A program made the translations under genes and the position numbers. Positions 18,789 to 28,836 of a stretch of 64,000 nt of DNA are shown here, piece after piece. Within the stretch, counting starts at the first letter, position 1, and each line of letters begins with the position of its first letter. Source of the stretch: an uncultured Myxococcales bacterium (GTDB taxonomy: Bacteria > Myxococcota_A > Polyangia > Haliangiales > Haliangiaceae); NCBI GenBank assembly GCA_942492525.1, contig CALOFI010000005.1, forward strand, positions 64,001 to 128,000. Direction: 5' to 3'. Below the pieces are notes generated by a model that worked only from the letters and a program-made list of their open reading frames with translations, searched no databases and had not been told where the DNA came from.

Positions 18789-20056
18789 GATTCCTCCAGC
18801 CCTAGCGCGTGATCGAAGTCGACCTCGAGCAACATGAACGAGCAGTGCGGGCAGATCAGCCAGCCCGGCACCGGGAAGCGTCGGGCCGCGCGGAGCGCGT
18901 GCAGCTCGCGCTGCAGCCTGACGTAGAGCGCCGGCGGCAGGCCGTCGGCGAGGCCGTACGCCGTGCCGTCGATCGGCCACAGCGGTGAGTAGACCGGCGC
19001 GATGCCGTGATCGAGCAGGAACGTGGCGCCCTCGAGCACGCTGGCCAGGAACGCCTGGTCGGACATCCCGGGGCCGGGCGGCACGCGCTCGAGCCCGGCG
19101 ACGAACGCCGAGCCGACGTTGCCGCGACCGAAGGCCTCCACCGCGCCGAGCAGGCCGTCGAGCCAGCGCTGGCGCCCCACGTGGTGGGCCTTGCCCCGGC
19201 AGCACGCCTCGAAGGTGGCAGCGTCCCAGGTCTCGAGGTTGTAGCAGGCGCTGTCGGCGCCCGCGTCGCGGTAGCGGCGCGAGCCCTCGGGATCCACCGC
19301 GCCCGACCCGATGGTCACGCGCAGCTTGTCGCCGACGCCGCGGCGCACCGCCTCGAGCACGGGGAGGAAGCGCTCCACCTCCTGCGCGGGGTCGAGCACC
19401 GAGCCGCCGGTGATGTAGACGTGGCCGACCGCGGGATCCTGCGCCGCTGCGCGCATCACCGCCTCGATGCGCCGGGGGATGAGCTCGTCGAGGACGATCT
19501 CACCCTGGTTCTGGCCCAGGGTCACGGAGCGACGATCGAAGCGGCCGTACGCGCAGAAGCTGCACTTGCGCGACTCGCCGATCGGGTCGCGCGAGGTGAA
19601 GTACTCGCAGCCGGGCGCGACGTTGACGACGATCATGTCGCCGAGCTGTTCGGCCCCGGCCGCCATCGGGTCGAGCCCGTCGTCGGTGCGGAAGCCGTGC
19701 CAGCTGTGCTTGCGCACGAACGCGACGTCGCACAGCTCGCGCGCCGTGTCCGGGCTCCGGACGTCCCAGAGGGCGTAGCGCCCGCCCTGGTCACGACGCA
19801 CTTCCATGCCGGCGCGGTCGTCGACCCGGATCCGCGCCACCGCCTTGCCGCCGAGGTCGAACAGGTACGGGACCGCGATGGTCTCGGCCAGGCCCGACGC
19901 CGACTTGCGGCGGTACGGATAGAAGTTGGGCGCGGCCCCTTCCTCGACGGCGCGCGCGAGCGCGTCGGTGAAGCGGAGGCCGCCGAACATCAACTCCGCC
20001 TTCCAGAGGATGATCTCCGGCAGATCGGGGAAGTGCTCTCGTAGGGCCAGCTGCAT
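18755..20056 (-). CDS. radical-SAM-like Fe-S protein with atypical cluster spacing (tentative)
   Basis: Cys triad APGCEYFTSRDPIGESRKCSFCAY (CX14CX2C, a spacing known for some radical SAM enzymes such as QueE), followed by a Gly-rich YITGGSVLD block resembling the SAM-binding GGE motif, and a C-terminal CPHC pair. No canonical CX3CX2C motif. Confidence 0.35.
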   Translation of the reverse strand: MQLALREHFPDLPEIILWKAELMFGGLRFTDALARAVEEGAAPNFYPYRRKSASGLAETIAVPYLFDLGGKAVARIRVDDRAGMEVRRDQGGRYALWDVRSPDTARELCDVAFVRKHSWHGFRTDDGLDPMAAGAEQLGDMIVVNVAPGCEYFTSRDPIGESRKCSFCAYGRFDRRSVTLGQNQGEIVLDELIPRRIEAVMRAAAQDPAVGHVYITGGSVLDPAQEVERFLPVLEAVRRGVGDKLRVTIGSGAVDPEGSRRYRDAGADSACYNLETWDAATFEACCRGKAHHVGRQRWLDGLLGAVEAFGRGNVGSAFVAGLERVPPGPGMSDQAFLASVLEGATFLLDHGIAPVYSPLWPIDGTAYGLADGLPPALYVRLQRELHALRAARRFPVPGWLICPHCSFMLLEVDFDHALGLEESCARPASLAVS

Positions 20057-20131
20057 GGCGGTGAGTCTGGGTCGGATATGAAAAGGGAACGGGCCCGGCG
20101 CGCACGTGGGCGCGCCGGGCCCGTGGTCGGG

Positions 20132-23100
20132 CTAGCGACGGCGACGACGGAGCGAGAACGCCAGGCCGAGGCCGAGCAGGACGAGGCCCGCGCCGGCGCC
20201 GGTACCGGAGGTCTGGCAGCCACCACCGTTGACGACGACCTCGGGGTCATCGATCGGGGCGTTCACCACGAACGAGTTCTCCGGCGAGAAGTCGCTCATC
20301 GCGCCGGACTGGTCGTGCGCACGCGCGCGCCAGGTGTAGGTCTCGCCGTTGACCAGGCCGCCGTTGGCGTCGGCGATGGTCGTGGTCACCGAGGTCACCG
20401 TGCCGCTGACGCCGGTCACCGACGCGACCAGGTCGTCGCCCGCGTCGTACACCTCGACGGTGTAGGTGATGTTCTCGTTCTCGGGGTCGGTCGACGGCAT
20501 CCACGAGAACACCGGCAACGTCGTGTTGGTGCTGCCGTCGTCACCCGGGTTGGCCAGCGTCGGGACGCTGGGCGGGTCGTTCACCGTCGACACCAGGAAG
20601 CAGGCCACGTTGTAGACGCTGGTCGCCGCGCCGTCGTCGGAGCGAGCGCGCCAGCAGTACCGCGTGTCCTCGTCGAGGTCGGCCGCCAGGTTGAACGAGG
20701 TGTTCTGCTGGCCCTGCGCCGGCGCGTTGGCGGCGCCGTCGATGATGTTCACGAAGGTGTCCTCCTCGGCGAGGTCCCAGTCGTAGACCAGCTGGTCGAG
20801 GTCGGAGTCGTCGGCGTTGCTGATGATGAGGTCGGGGCGGATGTTGGCCACGACCACGCCGTTCTGCGGCGACAGCAGCACCGGCGCCTCGGGCGCGGCG
20901 TTGACGGTGGTCACGAAGAACTGACCGGTCGCGCTCCAGTCACCCGAGAGCCCGTCCTGATCAGACGCCCGCGCGCGCCAGTAGTACTGCCGGTCCTCCA
21001 TCAAGTCGACGTCGACCTGCCAGGTCGTGGTCCCGGCGCCGCCCGAGGCAACGCCCGCCTGCGAGGCCACCAGGTTCGACAGCGCGGGATCGGTGTAGAC
21101 GTCGTACTCGTAGGTGAGCACGTCGATGGGATCCGGGTCAGAGGCGTTGTCGATGATCAGGTTGGGGCGGAAGGAGTTGACCTGGCCGCCGAACGCCGGG
21201 GTGTTGATGCGCGGCGTGCCCGGCGCCTCGTTGACGGTGTTGACGTGGAACACGCACACCGACGAGTAGTTGCCGTAGGTGAAGGAGTCACGAGCGCGCG
21301 CGCGCCAGTAGTAGCTGACGTTCTCGAGCAGGTTGACCGGCACCGACCACGAGGTCTGGCCGACGCCCTGGGCGATCCCCGCCTCCTGGGCGATCTGCGT
21401 ACCCAGCGCCGGGTCGCTGTACATCTCGAACTGGTACGTCAGGGCGCTGGCCTGCGGGTCGGTCGCGTTGTCGACCACCAGCGTGGTCTGCAGGCTGTTG
21501 ATCTCCGTGCCGCACACCGGCGTCGCCGGGACCGGCGCCGTCGGACCGTCGTAGTCGCCCGGGTCGGTGCCGTTGACGAACTCGTCGAGGTTCGACGCGC
21601 CGTCGCTGTCCGGATCGCCCGAGGCGCCCTCGGACAGGTCGCCGAAGTTCGCGTTCTCCCACGAGTCGGGCAGCAGGTCGCCGTCGCTATCGACGAAGCT
21701 GACCGAGATGTTCCAGTCCTGGCAGGTCTGGCCGGCGTCGTCGTCGGTCACACAGATGCGGACCGGCGGCGCAGCGCCGACCGACTGCGCGAAGTCAGGC
21801 GTCCAGGTCACCGAGCAGGTCGGCGCGTCGAACGTCATGCCCGTGGGCATGACCGGGGCCGTGCAGACGTGGGTGTCGGCCGTGCCCGGATCGGTGTAGG
21901 TCGCCACGTAGGTGTACGGCGTGCCCTCGACCGCGGCCGCGCCGGGGGTGGAGGTGATCGTCGGGTTGACGTTGAGCACCGTGACGATGACGCCGTCGCT
22001 GCTCGCGCCGAGATCGTCGTCGGTGACGGTGGCGACCACGTTGTAGACGCCGTTGTCGGCGTACGCGTGGCTGGTGTTCTGGACCGTCGCGTTTGGGGTG
22101 CCGTCCGCGAAGTTCCAGTCGAACGTGTGCGTGTCGCCGGTGCCGGGATCGGTGAAGGTGACCGTCAACGGCTGCAAGGTGCCCTCGTTCACGCTGACGT
22201 CACCCATCGCGGTGGCGGTGGGCGCGACGTTGGTGATCGTCACCTGGACGGTGTCGGTCGAGACGCCGCCGATGCTGGTCGAGGTGATGGTGACGTTGAA
22301 GATGTCGTCGCCGATCGCGTCCTCGTCGTCGGGGAACGCGTAGACGACGTTCTGGCCGTTGAGGCTGTCGCCGTTGTCGAAGTCCCAGACGTAGACCGGG
22401 TTGCCGGTGCCGGGGTCGCTGTCGGCGCCCGAGAACGAGATCGCGGTGCCTTCCGGGGCCGCGACCGCGCTGGAGTCGCCGATGGCCAGCGGCGGGATCG
22501 CGTCGGGCGACAGCACCAGCACGGCCCAGGAGACGCGCAAGGGCGCCCCGGCGTTGGCGTCACTGGTGTTCACGCCACTGGTGTTGGTCCAGTTCCATCC
22601 GCCGTCCGCGGCCTGGTTGTTGATGAAGTAGCGCGAGAACAGCTGTGCCCAGTTGTTGCCACCGAAGGTGGTGATCTCGGGCACGGTCGCGCGTGCGGCG
22701 TCCTGCCAGTGCAGCATGCCGTAGTGGTTGCCCTGGCCATCGAGACGCGCGAAGTCCCCGGCGGTCACGAAGCGCTGGTTCCAGCCGATGCTCCCGTTGT
22801 AGCCGGCGAGAAAGCGAGTGCCGATGAACGTGAGCACCTCGTTGTGGTGCGTGCGGAGCTGGCCACGCGTGATCGCGTTGTAGCTGGGGAAGGCGAGCCG
22901 CGTGTCCGTCGCGTCGAAGGTGTTCGCGCCGACCCAGCCGGTGAGCAGGGTCGACAGCGCCGTGGTGGTGAAGCCCGCGGTGTTGCCCGTGGCGTAGCCG
23001 ATGCCACGCTCGCCAGCCGCGGGGACGGCGAAGCCGGTGGTCACGAACGTCGCGAGCCGGGTCTTGGCGATGTTGGGGACGATGACGCCCTGGTCAGTCG

Positions 23101-24220
23101 CGAACTCGTCGGCGTGCCAGAGCCCGGTGATGCCCCACAGCGTGGTCGAGCTATCGGTCCCGCCGCCGTTCTGGGTGTAGTACCAGCTGCCGTTGTCGTT
23201 CTGGGCGAAGACCATGCCGTCGACCATCTGCTGGAGGATGTGCTCCATGCGGCGGCCCAGCACGCGGGTCGGATCGCCGACCTGGGCGACGAAGCCGCCG
23301 AGGTTCGAGACCGCGATCGCCGACAGCATGTGTCCGTAGATGTAGACCTCGTCGGTGCCGCTGTACCAGAAGCCGAAGCCGTCGTCGGTGCCGAAGATGG
23401 GCTGCTTCTGGATCTCGGGGTAGAAGCCGGTCAGGTTGGCTTCGTCGGCGGCGCCGACCGCGAGGACCTGCAGCTGCGTCAGCAGGTAGTTGACGATGCG
23501 CATCGCGTCCTCGGCGTACGGGTCGTTGTCGAACCGCGCCGCGTTGTCCGCGGCGTCGGGCACGTCGCCGATGTACGCCGACGGGAACGCCGCGAAGTGG
23601 CCGTTCAAGGAGAGGCTCCACAGGAAGCCCGCGGAGGAGGCCTGGATGAAGCCGACGTTGATGCTACCGCTGGCCTGCGCACCCGACAGCGGGTTCGCTT
23701 CGTCGCCGGTGCGCGTCATCTGGTTGTGCAGGTACCAGAGCGCGTCGTCGACCGCGACGCCGCGCATGACCTGCAGCTGACGCTCGGTCGCGAGCGCCGG
23801 ATCGGCCGGCACATCGGCGAAGACACGCACCGGGTACGTGCCCTGGACCGTCTCGCCGTTCGACGTGACCGAGATGGTCGCGATGAACGTGGTGGTCACC
23901 GCCTGGTCCGGGTACGTGTAGATCGTCGAGAGGTTGTACCGGGCGTTCGCCGCGTTGCGGGTGAACGTCACGGGCGCCGAGCCGTCGCCGAAGTCCCAGG
24001 TGACGTCGTACGTACCGTTGCCGCCGCGCGCGATCGCCTTGAAGGTGGTCGCGTTGCCGTTGTAGGCCTGATGCGGCACGGCCGGATCAGTGGCGACCCA
24101 TGGCACCGGTATCACTCGCAAGTTCTGGGCCTCGGCGGCCTTGCCGGTGCCGAGCATGATGAACGCTGCGATGGCGCCCAGAACGACGCGCAGACCAAGC
24201 CTGTGGATGCGGGACGGCAT
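20132..24220 (-). CDS. giant (1362 aa) secreted multidomain surface protein: N-terminal enzyme-like domain, PKD domains, four tandem approx 95-aa FN3-like repeats, C-terminal MYXO-CTERM sorting tag
   Basis: RBS GAGGGGGAAG + ATG 24220; signal MPSRIHRLGLRVVLGAIAAFIMLGTGKAAEA. PKD-type motifs (VYVWDFDNGDS, HTFDWNFADGTP). Repeats carrying a YYWRARA / RYCWRAR / TYTWRAR core. C-terminus GGGCQTSGTGAGAGLVLLGLGLAFSLRRRRR matches the MYXO-CTERM architecture. Confidence 0.7.
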   Translation of the reverse strand: MPSRIHRLGLRVVLGAIAAFIMLGTGKAAEAQNLRVIPVPWVATDPAVPHQAYNGNATTFKAIARGGNGTYDVTWDFGDGSAPVTFTRNAANARYNLSTIYTYPDQAVTTTFIATISVTSNGETVQGTYPVRVFADVPADPALATERQLQVMRGVAVDDALWYLHNQMTRTGDEANPLSGAQASGSINVGFIQASSAGFLWSLSLNGHFAAFPSAYIGDVPDAADNAARFDNDPYAEDAMRIVNYLLTQLQVLAVGAADEANLTGFYPEIQKQPIFGTDDGFGFWYSGTDEVYIYGHMLSAIAVSNLGGFVAQVGDPTRVLGRRMEHILQQMVDGMVFAQNDNGSWYYTQNGGGTDSSTTLWGITGLWHADEFATDQGVIVPNIAKTRLATFVTTGFAVPAAGERGIGYATGNTAGFTTTALSTLLTGWVGANTFDATDTRLAFPSYNAITRGQLRTHHNEVLTFIGTRFLAGYNGSIGWNQRFVTAGDFARLDGQGNHYGMLHWQDAARATVPEITTFGGNNWAQLFSRYFINNQAADGGWNWTNTSGVNTSDANAGAPLRVSWAVLVLSPDAIPPLAIGDSSAVAAPEGTAISFSGADSDPGTGNPVYVWDFDNGDSLNGQNVVYAFPDDEDAIGDDIFNVTITSTSIGGVSTDTVQVTITNVAPTATAMGDVSVNEGTLQPLTVTFTDPGTGDTHTFDWNFADGTPNATVQNTSHAYADNGVYNVVATVTDDDLGASSDGVIVTVLNVNPTITSTPGAAAVEGTPYTYVATYTDPGTADTHVCTAPVMPTGMTFDAPTCSVTWTPDFAQSVGAAPPVRICVTDDDAGQTCQDWNISVSFVDSDGDLLPDSWENANFGDLSEGASGDPDSDGASNLDEFVNGTDPGDYDGPTAPVPATPVCGTEINSLQTTLVVDNATDPQASALTYQFEMYSDPALGTQIAQEAGIAQGVGQTSWSVPVNLLENVSYYWRARARDSFTYGNYSSVCVFHVNTVNEAPGTPRINTPAFGGQVNSFRPNLIIDNASDPDPIDVLTYEYDVYTDPALSNLVASQAGVASGGAGTTTWQVDVDLMEDRQYYWRARASDQDGLSGDWSATGQFFVTTVNAAPEAPVLLSPQNGVVVANIRPDLIISNADDSDLDQLVYDWDLAEEDTFVNIIDGAANAPAQGQQNTSFNLAADLDEDTRYCWRARSDDGAATSVYNVACFLVSTVNDPPSVPTLANPGDDGSTNTTLPVFSWMPSTDPENENITYTVEVYDAGDDLVASVTGVSGTVTSVTTTIADANGGLVNGETYTWRARAHDQSGAMSDFSPENSFVVNAPIDDPEVVVNGGGCQTSGTGAGAGLVLLGLGLAFSLRRRRR

Positions 24221-24318
24221 CTCTTCCCCCTCGGAAAAAAGTCGGTAAGCAACAGGAAGACGCGGGTTACCCCGAGTCCCCGCTGGCACTGTGCCCCAGG
24301 AACCTGATCGAGATCAAG

Positions 24319-26650
24319 TCACGTGCGCACGCGAATCGACTCGCCGTCGGAGCGGGCGATCACCATCAGCAACAGGCCGATGAGCAGCGCGCTCACCAGT
24401 GGCACTCGCGCCCACAAGAAAATGTTGGAGCGGAGCTCGTCGCCGGTCGAGGTCAGCGACCACGTCTCGCCGAGCGCGGCGTGCTCGGCGTCGACGGCCG
24501 AGAGGTACACACGTGCACCGAGCGCATCGATCGCCGCGCGCTCGGTGGGCGCGTCGAACGTCGCGAGCAACTGACCTGCCGCGGCGGGCCGCAGCACGAG
24601 GGTGCGAGCGCGCCCCGACCCCGCGAGGGTGATCACCTCGCCGGTGTGATCGTCATTCGAGGTGGCGCGGACTACGAGCTTTCCGGAGGAGTCGCCCGGC
24701 AAGACCTCGAGCGCGGCGCCGTCACGCGGCGTCGCGATCGCGCCGATCACCGTCGCCGCGATCGCCGCGTCGATCCAGGCGCCACGAAGGTCCGCGCTCC
24801 ACGCCAGCACCCGGCCGCGGCCGTGCGCGCGAGCGGCGAGCAGCGGCTGATCGCCGGCGTCGACCAGCACGATCGCGTCGGGCGCCGGCGCGCGCGCGAG
24901 CAGCTGCGCCACGGGCGTGCCTGCGGCCAGGCCTGCCGGCGCCGGCCCCAGGCTGGTCGTGTAGGCCGCGCGCACCTGCGTCCGCGCGGCCCCGCTGGCC
25001 ACCTGGTCAGCCGCGATCACGCGCAGCGCGGGCAGCGCGCCGGCGACGGTGCCGCGCAGCGCGTGCACGCGCCCGCCGCCGGCCAGCGCCAGCGCGTCGA
25101 GGCGCGCGCGCGCCTCGGCGTCCGGAGCGCCGGTCGCGATCACCTCGAGGCGGATCCCGGCCGCCGCGACCTCGCGCGCGGCGACCAGCGCGTCGGCCTG
25201 CGCCGCCGCGAAGCCGCCGTCGGTGATCAGCGCGACGACCCGACGGGTCGCGGCGGGTGCCGTGGTCAGGCGGCGGACCGCCTCGCGGAGCGCGGGCGCC
25301 GGATCGGTGCCGCCGCGCGCCGGCGGCAGGGTCGGGACGATCAGCGTCGCCGGCCGGGGCGCCAGCTCGACCCACGGGTGCGCGGCGACGTCGAACGCGA
25401 TCGCGCCGAACCAGTCGTCGGGGCCAAGCGCCGCGCCCGCGGCGGCCAGCGCCGCCGCGTCGGGTGTGGACCCACCCCGGCCGGCCGCTTCGATCGAGCC
25501 CGAGCGATCGACGACCAGCATCACCGCCATCGCCTCGGGCGCGGCCGCGCGCAGCGGCAGCAGCGGCTCGAGCGCGCCGGCGCCGCCGGCGGCCACCGCG
25601 GGGCCCGCGGCCCACAGCAGCGTGCCGCCATGCTCGACGAAGTCCGCCAGCGCCGGGGGCGCCTCGGCAGGCAACGCCGCCCCCGGGACGTCGTCGAGGA
25701 CCACCGTATCGATGGCGGCCAGCGCCGCCGGGGTGAGCGCGGCGGTGGTCGTGGCGTCGACGCGCAGGAGCCGGGCCGCGCCCGGCGCGATGACGTCGAT
25801 GATCGTGCGCGCGTGGTCGGTCACATCGACGGGATCCCCGGCGACCTCGAGCTCGACCTCGAGCTCGGCCAGGCCAGCGGCGTCGAGCACCACCGGCAGC
25901 GCGGTCGCGGTGCGGCCGGCCGCGACGTCCAGCGCGCGGCGCGCGAGCTCGCGGCCACGCTGGCGGACGGTGAGCGTCGCGGTGGTCGCGATCCGCGCCT
26001 CGACCACCACGGGCAGCGCGAACGCGCGCCCCGCGACGGCGCGCGCGGACGAGGCGGGCAGCTCGACCCGCGCGAGGTCGCCGGCGTCGATGGGCTCGAG
26101 CTCGAGGCGGCGGCCCAGCCGCGCCGCGGCGCCGGCCACCGCCGCCGGGCCGGTGACCGAGTCGCGGCCGTCGCCGATCACGATCAGCTCGCCGCCGGCG
26201 CCGGCGAGCGTGGCTCCGGCGAGCGCGAGCCCGGCGCCGAGATCCGTGGCGCGCGGGTCGAGGCCGAGCGCCGTGGCGTCGACGGCGCCGCGCCGCGCCC
26301 ACGCGATCACGCGCGCCGGCGGGCCGGGCGGCACCACGAGCCGCGCGCCCTCGGCGACGACGATCACCGCGGCGAGATCGTCGTCGTCCAGCGCCGCGGC
26401 GCGACGGGCGAGCGCGGCGCGCGCGGCCGCCTCGGCCGGCGCGACGCTCGCCGAGACGTCGAGGACGAAGACGACGCGGCGACCGCCGGCGCGGACCGGG
26501 TGCCACGCGGTCGCGCCGAGCGCGGCGACGATCGCGAGCCGCGCGAGCAGCGCGCCCCGGCGTGGCCGGGTGATCGCCGCCTCGAGCGCGACCAGCAGCG
26601 CGGCGAGCGCGAGCAGGCCGCGCAGCGGCCCGCCCCGCGCCGCGCGGGGA
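24319..26650 (-). CDS. vWA-domain protein (BatB-like), probably the C-terminal continuation of the BatA-like gene upstream (frameshift about 26640)
   Basis: TM helices LRGLLALAALLVALEAAI and LLARLAIVAALGATAW, then vWA MIDAS-like VVFVLDVSASV; second vWA-like VMLVVDRSGSIE...ALITDGG; C-terminal TM LVSALLIGLLLMVIA. The real N-terminal boundary is unclear because the upstream ORF overlaps in another frame. Confidence 0.45.
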
Positions 26651-27902
26651 TCGCCGGCACCGCAGGCGCGATCGCCGGCGCGCGCACGTCGGGCACGTCG
26701 GCGCGGCCCGACGCCGCGAACGGCGGCGCCGCCAGCGCGTCGGCGAGCACGACCGGCAGGAGCGGCCCGTCGAGCGCGACCGCCAGGCGCAGCGTCGGCG
26801 GTGACGCGTCGCGCTCCAGGCCCAGCGCGGCGTGCGCGCCGGCGCGCAGCCACACCTGCGCGGGGTCGATCGCAAAGCTGGCGCCGGCGTCGACCGCGAC
26901 CGGCGGCGTCGCGTCGAGCAGCGCCGGGGTCGCGCCCGGCAGCGGCGCGCCGGGCACCGCCTGCAGCGGCGCGGGCGCCCCGTCCGCCGCGTCGGCCACG
27001 ACAAGGCGCGCGCGGGCCGGGCCGCGCCACGCGGTCGAACGCACCACGGCGATCACGTCGGCGGCGGGCGCGTCGACGCGCGCGACGGTGGGTAGCACGG
27101 CCAGCGCGCGCGCCACCGGCGTGTGCGCCAGCGCCGGATCGATCCACACCCGCGCGGGGACCAGCGCGGGCACCTCGATGGTCGCGGTGTCGTCGTCGGG
27201 CAACTCGTCGGCGCCGGCCGGCTCCAGCGCGACCGACACCGCCTCGTCGCCATCGCCCGCGTACGGCAGCACCGCGATGAGCTCGTCGCCGACCGCGATC
27301 AGCGGCGCGCGGCCAAGCAGCCCGGCGGCGCCGTGCGCGACGATCGCGGCGGGGGCGGCGACCGCGCCGTGGCGCGCCACCGCGACCACGATGCGGCCCC
27401 GACGCGGCGCCAGCGGCTCGCGATGGAAGCGCGCGTGGACGATCGCCGCGTCATCGCCGATCGGCGGCGCCGACGCCACCGCGACGACGCGCGCGCCCGG
27501 CAGCGCCGCGGCGGTGGCCTCGATCAGGCCGGCGGCGTCGACGGTGCCGCGGCCGGGCACGATCGCGTCGGCGGCAGCGCGCGCGGGCAGGCGCCGCGGC
27601 GGCACGCCCGGCGCGGCCAGCACGACCTCGTCGAACCCGGCGAGCCGGGCGCGGACGGCGTCGACGTCGCGGCCGCGCGTGGCCGAGAGGTCGACGACCA
27701 GCACCCGCACGCCGTCACGCGCGCTGCGCACCGGCCCGGCCGCGGCCAGCGCGATCAGCGCGATCGCCGCGACCAGCAGCAGCCGGGCGCGCCGCGCCGG
27801 GCCGTGCCGGGTGCGCGCGGCGGCGCCGGCGTCGATCAGGAACCACAGCGGGTGCACGACGGTGCGCCCGGCGGCGCGGCGCGCCAGCCACAGCGCCGGC
27901 AC
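26364..27902 (-). CDS. BatA-like aerotolerance-type N-terminal double-TM / vWA-related protein (frame degenerates to junk at its 3' end, about 26640)
   Basis: MPALWLARRAAGRTVVHPLWFLIDAGAAARTRHGPARRARLLLVAAIALIALAAAGPV is the BatA N-terminal pattern (two TM helices separated by a short loop). The C-terminal about 90 codons are Arg/Ser/Pro junk while a good frame continues in the overlapping ORF. Confidence 0.45.
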   Translation of the reverse strand: MPALWLARRAAGRTVVHPLWFLIDAGAAARTRHGPARRARLLLVAAIALIALAAAGPVRSARDGVRVLVVDLSATRGRDVDAVRARLAGFDEVVLAAPGVPPRRLPARAAADAIVPGRGTVDAAGLIEATAAALPGARVVAVASAPPIGDDAAIVHARFHREPLAPRRGRIVVAVARHGAVAAPAAIVAHGAAGLLGRAPLIAVGDELIAVLPYAGDGDEAVSVALEPAGADELPDDDTATIEVPALVPARVWIDPALAHTPVARALAVLPTVARVDAPAADVIAVVRSTAWRGPARARLVVADAADGAPAPLQAVPGAPLPGATPALLDATPPVAVDAGASFAIDPAQVWLRAGAHAALGLERDASPPTLRLAVALDGPLLPVVLADALAAPPFAASGRADVPDVRAPAIAPAVPAIPARRGAGRCAACSRSPRCWSRSRRRSPGHAGARCSRGSRSSPRSARPRGTRSAPAVAASSSSSTSRRASRRPRRPRAPRSPVAPRRWTTTISPR

Positions 27903-27938
27903 GACCGCGGCCAGCAGCGCCAGCCCCGAGCGGCCAGG

Positions 27939-28816
27939 TCAGCTCCACGACGCCACCAGCTCGCCGGCGGCGTCGACCAGCCGCGGCGGACGCGCGGCGT
28001 CGAGCACCAGCAGCGGGACGCCGCGGTGGCGCACCGCGACCGCGCAGCGCTCGCGCCAGGCCGCGACCCGCGCGGCGAAGCCGAGCGCGGCCGCGTCGTC
28101 GACGCGCCGGGACACGTCGGCCTCGGCGCAGCGCAGGCGATCGGCGTCGGCGTCCAGCCGCGCGTCGGCGGCGTCGACGAGGTGGACGCAGCTGATCCGG
28201 CGCGCCAGCCGGGTCACCGCCGCGGCCAGCTCCTCGGGCGGCGCCGGATCGGCGAAGTCGGTGAGCAGCACGACCTGCTCGTCGGCGCGCACCGCGCGGC
28301 GCGCGCGCTCGAGCGCGGGCAGAGCGCGACCCGCCCGCCCGCCGGCAGCCCCGCGATCCGCGCCAGCGCCCGCCGCGCGCCGCCGGCGTCGAGGCGCGCG
28401 CGATCGGCGCCGCCGCGACCGGCGCTGCCCAGCGCGTCGATCGCGATCGGCAGCGCCGCGGCGCCGGCGACCACGGCGAGCGCGGCGGCGAGCCGCGCGG
28501 CGAGCGCGCGCTTGCGCGGCGTCATCGAGGCCGAGTCGTCGATCACGAGGCGCAGGCCGCCATCGCCCTCGGCGCGGTGTCGGCGCGCCCACAGCTCGCC
28601 GGTGCGCAGCCGCGCGCGCCAGTCGATGGCGCGCGGATCGTCGCCGGGCCGGAACGGATCGTGGCCGTGCAGCTCGTAGCCGCGGCCCAGCCGCGCGGTC
28701 GCCGAGGTGCCGGCGGCCTCGCCGGCGCGACCACGCACCCGCGCGGCCAGCCCGACCAGCTCGCGCAGCTCGTCGCCGCTCAGCAGCGCGTCGCCTGGCC
28801 CCGTGGCGATCGTCAT
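27939..28816 (-). CDS. DUF58-family protein (MoxR-associated), apparent frameshift about 28320-28335
   Basis: N-terminal part MTIATGPGDALLSGDELRELVGL...GYELHGHDPFRPGDDPRAIDWRARLRTGELWARRH...LRLVIDDSASM is the DUF58 signature (frame a, ends ..RIAGLPAGG). C-terminal part ..ALPALERARRAVRADEQVVLLTDFADP.. reads in another frame to stop 27939. The switch lies in a gcgggcgggcggg run. Confidence 0.5.
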
Positions 28817-28836
28817 CGGCGTGCCCGGCCCCGCCG

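Noticed and set aside
16836-18812. 658-aa ORF on the + strand
   Set aside because: Antisense to the OmpA/TSP3 gene; its Asp/Val/Gly periodicity merely mirrors the TSP3 repeats on the other strand.
20078-24307. 1409-aa ORF on the + strand
   Set aside because: Arg/Gly/Val/Asp-rich low-complexity translation exactly antisense to the well-supported giant PKD/FN3 gene on the - strand; typical shadow ORF of 70% GC DNA.
24220-24320. Possible sigma-54 promoter (gGGCACagtgccaGC) with GGCACaGTGCC palindrome between the BatB-like stop and the giant protein start (minus strand)
   Set aside because: Only the -24 half (GGCAC) fits; the -12 position reads CAGC rather than TTGC. Internal promoter possible but not supported strongly enough to list as a feature.
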